A stretch of DNA of 64,000 nt from an uncultured virus (IMG/VR IMGVR_UViG_3300042014_000090) (lineage: Duplodnaviria > Heunggongvirae > Uroviricota > Caudoviricetes). Made by a program: the position numbers and the translations under genes. The notes beneath the pieces are model-generated. The model saw only the letters and a program-made list of their open reading frames with translations. It was not told where the DNA came from and searched no databases. Below, one piece after another: positions 28,117 through 35,967 of the stretch (position 1 is the first letter of the stretch; each line of letters opens with the position of its first letter). The stretch lies in IMG/VR virus record IMGVR_UViG_3300042014_000090; one strand, given 5' to 3'.

Positions 28117-29081
28117 TGCTCCGCGTCAGCCCCTCCGAGATGGCAAAATTCCAGCGCTGCCGCCGCCAATGGGCCATCACCTACCACTTCAAGTGGGGCA
28201 TCGACCCCACCACCGCCAACCCCACCGGCGCCGCCCACCTCGGCACACGCATCCACGCCGCGATGGAGGCCTACTACGGCTACGACATCGACCCCATCAG
28301 CGCGCTGAGCGTCATCTACGACCGCGAGATGCAGCGCCGCCCCGACCGCGCCCCCGACCTCGCGGGCGAGTGGGAGTGGGCGAAGACCATGGTCTCCGGC
28401 TACCTCGACTGGGCCGCCGAGAACGGCCTCGACGAAGAACACGAAGTCGTCGCCACCGAACGCGCCCTCGAAACCCACATCATCCTCACCAACGGTCAGA
28501 TGGCCGTCGTCACCGGCAAGCTCGACCAAATCGTCCGCCGCACCCTCGACGGCGCCCTCCAGCTCCGCGACTGGAAAACCGTCGCCACCCTCGGCAAAGC
28601 CGACACCATCATCATCGACCCCCAGATGCGCATCTACTCCGCCCTCCTCGCCATCAACTCCGACGGCATGCGCGTCGACGGCGCCCTCTACACGATGATG
28701 CTCCGCTCCAAGCGCACCGCCCGCGCCAAGGGCCCCTTCTACGAGCAGGTCCACGTCCGCTACAACGACGCCGAGCAAAAGAACATGCTCACCCGCGTCA
28801 CCGGCGTCCTCGACGACATGGACCGCGTCACCCGCCAGCTCAACGCAGGCATCGACCACCGCCTCGTCGCCTACCCCAACCCCATACCCGACCGCTGCGC
28901 CTGGGACTGCCCCTTCGTACAGGTCTGCCCGCTCTTCGACGACGGCTCCCGCGTCGAAGAGGCCATGGACGCGACCTACGTCAAGAACGCGGACCCCTAC
29001 GCATACAGGGCGAACACCCTCATCGACCTCGTGAAGACGGCCCACGGCGTTTCCTCAACCGAAGGAGGCGTCGATGGCTGA
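28116..29081 (+). CDS. Cas4/RecB-like PD-(D/E)XK exonuclease
   Basis: SPSE..FQRC, GTRIH, GKLD, DWKT, QMRIY, CAWDCPFVQVC. Confidence 0.88.
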   Translation: MLRVSPSEMAKFQRCRRQWAITYHFKWGIDPTTANPTGAAHLGTRIHAAMEAYYGYDIDPISALSVIYDREMQRRPDRAPDLAGEWEWAKTMVSGYLDWAAENGLDEEHEVVATERALETHIILTNGQMAVVTGKLDQIVRRTLDGALQLRDWKTVATLGKADTIIIDPQMRIYSALLAINSDGMRVDGALYTMMLRSKRTARAKGPFYEQVHVRYNDAEQKNMLTRVTGVLDDMDRVTRQLNAGIDHRLVAYPNPIPDRCAWDCPFVQVCPLFDDGSRVEEAMDATYVKNADPYAYRANTLIDLVKTAHGVSSTEGGVDG

Positions 29082-29808
29082 CGCACCCGGCATCTCGATG
29101 ATCGTCCACGGCCCGAAGGGCGCGGGGAAGTCCCATCTCGGAGACACCACCCCAGCACCCCGGCTCGTCCTGGACGCCGAGATGGGCTCCCGCTTCACCC
29201 CGTCCAAGAAGATCTTCTGGAACCCCCTGACAGAGCCGGTCCCCGAGTACGACGGCACCTGGGAGACCTGCCTGGTCACCGTCCGTGAGTACCGGGCGGT
29301 TGAGAAGGCCTACGAGTGGCTCAACACCGGCAAGCACCCCTTCCGCTCCGTCGTTGTCGACTCCATCTCCGAGGTCCAGCAGCGCCTCGCCGACAGCCTC
29401 AAGGGTGACCATCCCCTGGAACTGCGTGACTGGGGCGAGATGCTCCGCAAGGCATCCCTGCTCATCCGCAACCTCCGCGATCTGGTCACCCATCCCGTCA
29501 AGCCCGTCGACGCGGTGCTGTTCATCGCCATGACCAACCAGCGCCAGGACGGCACCTGGTTCCCCTTCGTCCAAGGGCAGCTGAAGGTCACACTGCCTTA
29601 CTACGTCGACCTGCTCACGTATCTGGCAGCCCTCCCGCAGGAGGACGGCACCACCGTCCACCGGCTTCTCATCGGACCCGCCCAGGGCTACGCAACAGGC
29701 GAACGCGTCGGCGGACGCCTCGGGCGGTTCATCGACAACCCCTCCATCACGGACATGCTCTCCGTGATCCACCAGGCGACCGCCGCCCAGACCCCCGAGC
29801 GAGGATGA
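29074..29808 (+). CDS. Sak4-like AAA ATPase
   Basis: HGPKGAGKS, VLDAE, VVVDSIS. Confidence 0.8.
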   Translation: MADAPGISMIVHGPKGAGKSHLGDTTPAPRLVLDAEMGSRFTPSKKIFWNPLTEPVPEYDGTWETCLVTVREYRAVEKAYEWLNTGKHPFRSVVVDSISEVQQRLADSLKGDHPLELRDWGEMLRKASLLIRNLRDLVTHPVKPVDAVLFIAMTNQRQDGTWFPFVQGQLKVTLPYYVDLLTYLAALPQEDGTTVHRLLIGPAQGYATGERVGGRLGRFIDNPSITDMLSVIHQATAAQTPERG

Positions 29809-30347
29809 CCATGGCCACTGCCGCATACCGGGACCTCCTCCAGCGCCGCCGCGACGCTGGCTACGAACTCTTCCCCGTCGGCACCTACGACGTGAGGGTG
29901 GTCGGCGCCGAGAAGCCGCAGAAGGGCGCCGCGATGGGCTTCATCGTCCAGTTCGAGGTGCTCAACGGCCCCCACGCCGGACGCAAGTTCAAGAACTGGA
30001 TGACACTCAGCGACACCGTCATCGAGCAGTACCCCGGCCTGGTCGACATGTGGTTCCGCGAGATGGCCGCCCTCGGCCTGTCCGACGCCTACTTCGAGGC
30101 CGAGCCCAGCGACGAGCAGACCATCGCCGCCCTCACTGGCCGCACCGCCCGCGTCCAGGTCGGCCGCCGCAAGAAGAAGGGCACCGACGACGAGGTGGAC
30201 GACTTCAAGGTCTTCCCGCCCGCCGTTCCGGCCGCCCCCGTCACGGCACCGGCCCCCGACCCGATGGCTGCACCGACGGCGGCACCGACTCCGGCCGTCA
30301 GTGCCCCCGTCGCCGACCCCAACGCCCCCGGCATTCCCCCGTTCTGA
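29805..30347 (+). CDS. DUF669-like ssDNA-binding protein
   Basis: PVGTYDVRV, FEVLNGPHAGRK, C-terminal PPF. Confidence 0.75.
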   Translation: MTMATAAYRDLLQRRRDAGYELFPVGTYDVRVVGAEKPQKGAAMGFIVQFEVLNGPHAGRKFKNWMTLSDTVIEQYPGLVDMWFREMAALGLSDAYFEAEPSDEQTIAALTGRTARVQVGRRKKKGTDDEVDDFKVFPPAVPAAPVTAPAPDPMAAPTAAPTPAVSAPVADPNAPGIPPF

Positions 30348-30656
30348 GCCCCCGACACACCGTCTCACCTCGTGCTTCACCCTTTCCACACGGTGTGTTC
30401 ACCTGTTAGCGTGAGGCGCACCGTCGAGGCTCGAAGCGACGGAGATCGTACCGGCCACGCAGGACGACAGCCCCGCGTGGCCCCGCGTCCGCACCTCTGA
30501 TCACCACATGCCCGGCGGCAGAGACGCGGACCCCCAACAGCACCTGCTGTAACACATCCGACACAGCAGGTGGCGTTGCAGAAAAGTGACAAACGAGGGG
30601 TCGATGCCCCACCCGGCACGGGTGCCCCTTGAACTATTCTCAACCACGGCGGACGA

Positions 30657-30729
30657 CGCGGGGTAGTGGAGTTCGGTACCACACCAGGGTCATGACCTGG
30701 CAGCGCCGGTTCAAATCCGGCCCCCGCCA
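30657..30729 (+). tRNA. tRNA-Met(CAT), initiator-like 1:72 mismatch
   Basis: CGCGGGG/CCCCGCC acceptor, CCAGG-GTCATGA-CCTGG, GCCGG-TTCAAAT-CCGGC. Confidence 0.8.
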
Positions 30730-30753
30730 CACCGTGCGCACGGGGAGGCATGG

Positions 30754-31104
30754 ATGACGAAACGTCGGAATCCGGCTGAACCGGCAGACGACAGGCGCCT
30801 GGAAACGCTCGCAGGGATCGCACGCATCCTCAACGAACGCTTTCCACCCGTAGGCGGTCGACAGCCGGTCAGTCGACAACTCCTCCACAAGGCATGGAAG
30901 AACCGGCACAGCCGCAGCAGGCCCAGCCAATTCCCCGCCGACGTACGTGGAGAAGGGGGCTCGCTGTTCTGGCTCGACGAGGTCGTCCGGTGGTACACAC
31001 TCCACCGGAGCTACCGGATCGAAGAACAGCCCGCACCGGAAGCAGCAGTACCCCAGAAATCCCTCACTCAGCACAACCACGAGGAAGGGTCCCTGGCCGC
31101 CTGA
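30754..31104 (+). CDS. Xis/AlpA-like HTH protein
   Basis: LETLAGIARIL...VSRQ...FP...LFWLDEVVRWY. Confidence 0.55.
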   Translation: MTKRRNPAEPADDRRLETLAGIARILNERFPPVGGRQPVSRQLLHKAWKNRHSRSRPSQFPADVRGEGGSLFWLDEVVRWYTLHRSYRIEEQPAPEAAVPQKSLTQHNHEEGSLAA

Positions 31105-31151
31105 TCGCGAGGCGCCAGCGGAACGACTAGGAAGGTTGAAGGGCACGACCA

Positions 31152-31535
31152 GTGAGCAGACGAAGACGCGCCGGGCGACTGTTCTGGTTATGGACGTTCG
31201 CCATCGGGATCTACTCCCCCCACAAAGGCCAGAGGCGCATCGCCGCCGACCGCGTCGCCGATCGGGAACGCCTCGCGGAACTTGAATCCGAAAACAATCG
31301 GCTCAAGGCGGCCAACGATCTCCTCATGGGAGATAACGAGCGACTGGTTGCCCTGCGCAACGACCTTGAGAACCGCCTCGCGATGGCCGACGGAATCAAC
31401 GAGATGAACAAGGTGAAAGCCGCCGCCAGCGGCGCCCCCACCACTCCGCCGAAGGCCGCTCCCACCTGGGCAGCGACCGAACCGGCAAACGTCTATCCCG
31501 ACCTGAGAGCCAGCAGCACCGGCGTCACTTACTAG
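31152..31535 (+). CDS. coiled-coil hypothetical protein
   Basis: heptad pattern LESENNRLKAAN. Confidence 0.55.
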   Translation: MSRRRRAGRLFWLWTFAIGIYSPHKGQRRIAADRVADRERLAELESENNRLKAANDLLMGDNERLVALRNDLENRLAMADGINEMNKVKAAASGAPTTPPKAAPTWAATEPANVYPDLRASSTGVTY

Positions 31536-31561
31536 CGGCGCACAGAAAGCTGGCAAACTGA

Positions 31562-31589
31562 TTGACACACCCACTCGTGGTGATAGTGT
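31562..31589 (+). promoter_or_regulatory. promoter of RNA island
   Basis: TTGACA-16 bp-TAGTGT with TGn extended -10; first Y-like RNA starts about 9 nt downstream. Confidence 0.65.
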
Positions 31590-31597
31590 GAACGCAC

Positions 31598-31681
31598 TCG
31601 AACGGCAGGTGCGAACGGCATCGGATACTTCCCTTCAAAGGACGATCCAATCCGACACCGGTTTAGACCTCTGCCGATCGA
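31598..31681 (+). ncRNA. Y-RNA-like element 1 (short)
   Basis: cggcaGGTGCGAA...TACTTC...TAGACCTctgccg terminal stem. Confidence 0.65.
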
Positions 31682-31694
31682 TTGAAAACTTCAA

Positions 31695-31833
31695 ACTGCC
31701 CGGTGCGAAGATGACGAGTTCTTCCGACTATTAATCGGCTGGTCGCGGGTTCGAGTCCCGCCTGGAGAGGAAACTCCCCGGTAGCTCAGATGGCAGAGCA
31801 GCTGGACGCGTCGCCGACTTGATCTCGGGCAGT
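31695..31833 (+). ncRNA. Y RNA (YrlA-like) element 2, permuted tRNA module
   Basis: actgcccGGTGCGAA...TTCTTC, AC-like arm, T arm gcggg-TTCGAGT-cccgc, closed acceptor (GAAA loop), D arm tagctcagatggcagagc, GACTTGATCTcgggcagt. Confidence 0.85.
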
Positions 31834-31837
31834 ACCT

Positions 31838-31911
31838 GGTGGATGTAGCTCAATAGGTAGAGCGCCTCGTTGTGGTCGAGGAGGCAGCGGGTTCGGGACC
31901 CGTCGTTCACC
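31838..31911 (+). tRNA. tRNA-His(GTG) with encoded G-1
   Basis: CCTCG-TTGTGGT-CGAGG; G-1/C73; atypical T loop TTCGGGA. Confidence 0.85.
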
Positions 31912-31937
31912 CTTGAACAACTGAACAGAGAGTCTCA

Positions 31938-32015
31938 GCACCTGGTGCGAATGGCACCCCGGTTACTTCTTTGGAAAAGTAGACACCCGGACCGCCAGCT
32001 TTTGATCTCAGGTGC
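31938..32015 (+). ncRNA. Y-RNA-like element 3 (short)
   Basis: gcacctGGTGCGAA...TACTTC...TTTGATCTcaggtgc. Confidence 0.7.
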
Positions 32016-32025
32016 CTTGTACCTT

Positions 32026-32171
32026 GCTGTGCCTGGTGCGACAGATGCGGAGTTCTTCGCATTGGGAGCGAGTAGTACGGGTTCAAATCCCGTCCGGTCA
32101 TCCAATGGGTGCCGGTAGTGTAACGGCAGCACGCTTACGAATCGCCGCGTCGACTTGATCTCAGGCACAGC
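32026..32171 (+). ncRNA. Y RNA (YrlA-like) element 4, permuted tRNA module
   Basis: gctgtgcctGGTGCGAC...TTCTTC, T arm acggg-TTCAAAT-cccgt, closed acceptor, D arm tagtgtaacggcagcac, GACTTGATCTcaggcacagc. Confidence 0.85.
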
Positions 32172-32179
32172 AATTACAA

Positions 32180-32252
32180 TCCCCAATGGCACAATCGGCA
32201 GCGCAACGGATTGTTAATCCGTAGGTTCCTGGTTCGAATCCAGGTTGGGGAG
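32180..32252 (+). tRNA. tRNA-Asn(GTT)
   Basis: TCCCCAA/TTGGGGA, ACGGA-TTGTTAA-TCCGT, G73. Confidence 0.9.
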
Positions 32253-32368
32253 CAAAGGTTGGGGGCTGCTCCGGCAGGAAAATCCACCTCCCCCAGGCGT
32301 CGATGCCCTGCGCGGCCGGGATGCCGGTGAGGCGGGGGAACCGGCTCGGCGCCACTACAACTTCATGA

Positions 32369-32443
32369 GGGGTCTTAGCTCAGCGTGGTTGGAGCACTCG
32401 ACTGATAATCGAGAGGACGGGGGTTCAACTCCCTCAGGCCCTA
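32369..32443 (+). tRNA. tRNA-Ile(GAT)
   Basis: CTCGA-CTGATAA-TCGAG; cloverleaf. Confidence 0.88.
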
Positions 32444-32644
32444 CGTCGAACCACCCGCCGCCTGTACAGCGGCGGGTCACGCCTGGCCCGCGCGAACGCC
32501 GTGGTTCCGGCTTGGGTTGAACCCAGGGCTGGGCACATAACTCAATCGGCTCCAGAGCAGTGTTTTCCGAGCGTCACTCTGGAGAAGCGTGGCCACCAAG
32601 CACTGACCACGCTGCCTCTCCCACCTGACAGGGAGGGGTAACCC

Positions 32645-32717
32645 GGATCCTTAGCTCAGCGGATAGAGCGTCTTGCTACGGATGAGAAGGTCGGGGGTTC
32701 AAATCCCTCAGGATCCA
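32645..32717 (+). tRNA. tRNA-Arg(ACG)
   Basis: GGATCCT/AGGATCC, TCTTG-CTACGGA-TGAGA. Confidence 0.88.
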
Positions 32718-32720
32718 CGA

Positions 32721-32855
32721 TGTCCCCGGTGCGAAGGCAGCGGCTACTTCTCCACTCAAGAGGGAGACGCGGGTTCAAATCCCGTCCAGCCGTCACGGCT
32801 GGTGGTCGAGCGGCCTAAGACGCCTTGTACCGACGCCGACTTGATCTCGGGGACA
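32721..32855 (+). ncRNA. Y RNA (YrlA-like) element 5, permuted tRNA module
   Basis: tgtccccGGTGCGAA...TACTTC, T arm gcggg-TTCAAAT-cccgt, ccagccg-tca-cggctgg, D arm tggtcgagcggcctaagac, GACTTGATCTcggggaca. Confidence 0.85.
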
Positions 32856-32858
32856 CTA

Positions 32859-32955
32859 GGGAGCTGACATGGAGCAGGCCGGGACTGATCACCCGGTGCC
32901 AGGTGATACCGGAGGTAGTACCGAAGGGAAGGGGGTTCGAGTCCCCCAGCTCCCC
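32859..32955 (+). ncRNA. non-canonical tRNA-like RNA
   Basis: GGGAGCT/AGCTCCC acceptor and ggggg-TTCGAGT-ccccc T arm; no normal D arm; long variable region. Confidence 0.55.
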
Positions 32956-33074
32956 TGGAGACATCAACCCGGTAGGGACCTTCGGCCCTAGTGTCGATCC
33001 CCACCGGGTCTTAACGTCTCACTACAGATCACCAGGATCTCACTGGTGCGAACACATGACAGGAAGGTCGACAG

Positions 33075-34739
33075 GTGGCTCGCTTCAACACCACCAACCA
33101 TCGGACACGGCCAGCGGTCGCCACCACGACCAGCCCCATCGCCACCGTCTCCAAGACCCCCGACACCCGCACCTTCGAGGGCGCGGCCGGATGGACACGG
33201 ACAGCGAAGGCCGAACTCTTCCTCCGCGCAGCAGGTGCCTTCCACGGGGGTGTAGGCAGCTTCTACGAGAACGCGGAGAAGAGGGACGAGCGCCTGCGGG
33301 AACTCCTCCGTACCGTGGCGATCGAAGACCCGCAGTGGTGCGTCGAGTTCGCCACCTGGCTGCGCGGCCCCGGCAACATCCGCACCGGCGCGCTGATGTT
33401 CGCCGTCGAGTTCGTGCACGAGCGCCTCGCCCACATGAAGGGCGCTGGGGTCATCGACCACTGCAACCGGCAGATCATCAACGCCGCGTGCCAGCGCCCC
33501 GACGAGCCCGGCGAGATCCTCGCGATCTGGACCGCCTGGTTCGGCCGCCGGATCCCCAAGCCGGTGAAGCGGGGTGTCGCCGACGCCGTACGACGGCTCT
33601 ACCACCCCAAGTCGCTGCTGAAGTGGGACACCGCTTCCAAGGGCTACCGCTTCGGTGATGTCCTCAACCTGGTGCACGCGGCGCCCGACCCGGACAAGCC
33701 GTGGCAGGGCGACCTGTTCCAGTACGCCCTCGACCGGCGGCACCACCCGGACACGGCGGTCGTGCCCAAGTCGCTCCCGATGGTCGCGGCTCACCGTTCC
33801 CTCATGGAGATGTCGGTCGAGGAGCGGCGTAAGTTCATGCGCGTCCCGCATATCGACAAGGTTCTCGCCGACGCGGGTATGACCTGGGAGGCGCTGGCGG
33901 GATGGCTCCAGGGCCCCATGGACAAGGCGGCCTGGGAGGCCGTCATCCCGTCCATGCCGTTCATGGCCCAGCTCCGCAATCTCAGGAACTTCGACGAGGC
34001 CGGTGTCTCCGACAAGGTGGCCCAGCAGGTCATCGACCGGCTGACGGACCCCGAGGACATCGCAAAGTCGCGGCAGTTCCCGTTCCGGTTCCACACGGCC
34101 TACCGTGAGGCGCCGTCGCTGCGGTGGGCACACGCCCTGGACAAGGCGCTCACCGCTTCGCTGAGCAACGTGCCGTTCCTCGGTGGCAGCACGCTGATCA
34201 TGGTGGACACCTCCAGCTCCATGGAGCACCGGGTGTCCGAGAAGTCGTCGGTGCTCCGGTGGGACGCCGCGACACTGTTTGGCGTGGCGCTCGGTCAGCG
34301 CTGCGCCAAGGCGGAAGTGGTCTCCTTCTCCTCGACGAGGCGATGGATGGGCGACCCGCCTGGAGCGAACACGAAGACTTTCCAGCTGAAGAAGGGGGAG
34401 TCGCTGCTGCGCAGCATCGACCGGTGGAAGGCCGACGGGTTCTTCCTCGGCGGCGGTACGGACACGATGCTGGCCGTCAAGCGCCACTTCGCCGGACACG
34501 ACCGGGTCGTCATCATCACTGACGAGCAGGCCCACGACGGCGACCCAGGCTCCGTCATCCCGAAGGACACACCGCTCTACACCTGGAACCTTGCCGGGTA
34601 CGAGGCGGCGCACACGTCCTCCGGGAGCAATGCCCGCTTCAGCCTTGGCGGCCTGACCGACAAGGCGTTCACGCTCATTCCGATCCTGGAATCGGGAGCA
34701 CAGGGGACATGGCCGTGGAAGGTTGACGCCACGGCATGA
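33075..34739 (+). CDS. rsr: Ro60/Rsr TROVE-domain RNA-binding protein
   Basis: TFEG..G, ELFL, FYE, WLR..GNIRT, RPDEPGE, KPVKRGVADA, MAQLRNLRN, SRQFPFRF; vWA DTSSSM, GGGTD, IITDEQ. Confidence 0.93.
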   Translation: MARFNTTNHRTRPAVATTTSPIATVSKTPDTRTFEGAAGWTRTAKAELFLRAAGAFHGGVGSFYENAEKRDERLRELLRTVAIEDPQWCVEFATWLRGPGNIRTGALMFAVEFVHERLAHMKGAGVIDHCNRQIINAACQRPDEPGEILAIWTAWFGRRIPKPVKRGVADAVRRLYHPKSLLKWDTASKGYRFGDVLNLVHAAPDPDKPWQGDLFQYALDRRHHPDTAVVPKSLPMVAAHRSLMEMSVEERRKFMRVPHIDKVLADAGMTWEALAGWLQGPMDKAAWEAVIPSMPFMAQLRNLRNFDEAGVSDKVAQQVIDRLTDPEDIAKSRQFPFRFHTAYREAPSLRWAHALDKALTASLSNVPFLGGSTLIMVDTSSSMEHRVSEKSSVLRWDAATLFGVALGQRCAKAEVVSFSSTRRWMGDPPGANTKTFQLKKGESLLRSIDRWKADGFFLGGGTDTMLAVKRHFAGHDRVVIITDEQAHDGDPGSVIPKDTPLYTWNLAGYEAAHTSSGSNARFSLGGLTDKAFTLIPILESGAQGTWPWKVDATA

Positions 34740-35003
34740 AAGACCGGATCCGGGCAGCCCCTCCCACTCGTTGCTCGGATCCCACAGGGGCTGGGTGTCG
34801 TCCCCCGCGCCCAGCCCCACCTGACAGGAAGGTTGACAAGGCGGTTATCGACGCACCGGGTCACGACGGGGCCGGTGAGTCGAGCGGATGCCGCCGACGA
34901 CGGATGACAGCGGTATTGGGGTGCGGGGAGGAGAACCGCACAAAACCTCCTGCCGGGGCGCTGGACGGCCCCGGCAGGAGGTCAATACCCTGGTGGCACA
35001 CAT

Positions 35004-35076
35004 GCGCACGTAGCCCAAGTGGTGAGGCGCCGCCTTCAAATAGCGGTGGATGTGGGTTCGAATCCCGCCGTGCGTA
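35004..35076 (+). tRNA. tRNA with CAA anticodon (Leu?) and short variable arm
   Basis: GCGCACG/CGTGCGT, CCGCC-TTCAAAT-AGCGG, GTGGG-TTCGAAT-CCCGC. Confidence 0.7.
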
Positions 35077-35234
35077 CTGCGGTGCAGGTGTAGAAGCCCT
35101 AGTAAGACGGGCCAGGGGTCCCAGTTCCGTCCCGCACTGAGCGCCTGCGCCGCGCCGTCATTCACAGTCCAGCACCCGCCCCGTGGCGCGATCTTGCGCT
35201 ACGGGGTTCCGTTTTCTCCGAGGAGCGATACCCC

Positions 35235-35579
35235 ATGACGAACGAGCAGACGCCCGAGCCCGAGAAGGACCGCGCTGTCGGCGACCTGGTCGAGAAGAGG
35301 GAGGTGTTCCAGCTCCAGGCCAAGGAGCCGGGGATGTCCGACTGGGTCGACCTCGGAGCGGCGCTGGCCGACCGGGACCGGATCACCGTCATCCAGGCGT
35401 ACGTCCTGAACGACCGGCCGCAGGATAGGCAGTGCGTCCTGCGGCACGAGATCCACACCTACGTCGAGGAGATCATCGGCGACGGCGAGGGGGAGACCAG
35501 CCCCGCCGAACTGCTGGCCCGCAACGAGCAGGTCACCGCCGCTCCCATCGCCAAGAAGAACCAGCAGCCCTCGCAGTAG
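35235..35579 (+). CDS. hypothetical protein
   Basis: GAGGAG RBS. Confidence 0.7.
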   Translation: MTNEQTPEPEKDRAVGDLVEKREVFQLQAKEPGMSDWVDLGAALADRDRITVIQAYVLNDRPQDRQCVLRHEIHTYVEEIIGDGEGETSPAELLARNEQVTAAPIAKKNQQPSQ

Positions 35580-35682
35580 AGCCGTGTCCCTGTCACCCGA
35601 ATAGGTGACTATCCCTCACGTCTATGCCATCTTCCTGTAGTTGTAGATGTGTGACAGAGTGAGCCCTAGGTAAGGATCACGC

Positions 35683-35967
35683 ATGGCCGCCAAGGAACAT
35701 CCCAGCAGGCACGTGGCACACCTGGACCGATTCGACGTGAAACGCACCGCCGACGGCAACTTCCTCCTCCCAGTCGTTCTGGAGGAAGAGGGGCAGCGCG
35801 TGGACCTGAAGATGGCCCCGGACGACGCCGCCCGCCTGCACGCCCAACTCGACCGCGCCCTGTGCACCGGGTGGGCGACAGGGGAACAAGCCATGGCGGA
35901 CAGGAACAGCGGTGAGACGTACCCGGTAAGTGGCAGCGGCCACCTGAGGAGGAGAAGCATTACATGA
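35683..35967 (+). CDS. hypothetical protein
   Basis: AAGGA RBS. Confidence 0.65.
   Translation: MAAKEHPSRHVAHLDRFDVKRTADGNFLLPVVLEEEGQRVDLKMAPDDAARLHAQLDRALCTGWATGEQAMADRNSGETYPVSGSGHLRRRSIT

Noticed and set aside
31598..32855. Repeated GGTGCGAA/GACTTGATCT motifs as a CRISPR array
   Set aside because: The motifs are short, pair with each other across each element and are irregularly spaced. No cas operon is present; the Cas4-like gene is in a recombination module.
32859..32955. tmRNA
   Set aside because: The ends look tmRNA-like, but it is only about 97 nt, with no tag ORF and no G3:U70 pair.
35004..35076. tRNA-Sec
   Set aside because: It has a 7-bp acceptor stem and a short variable arm, and the canonical register gives CAA.
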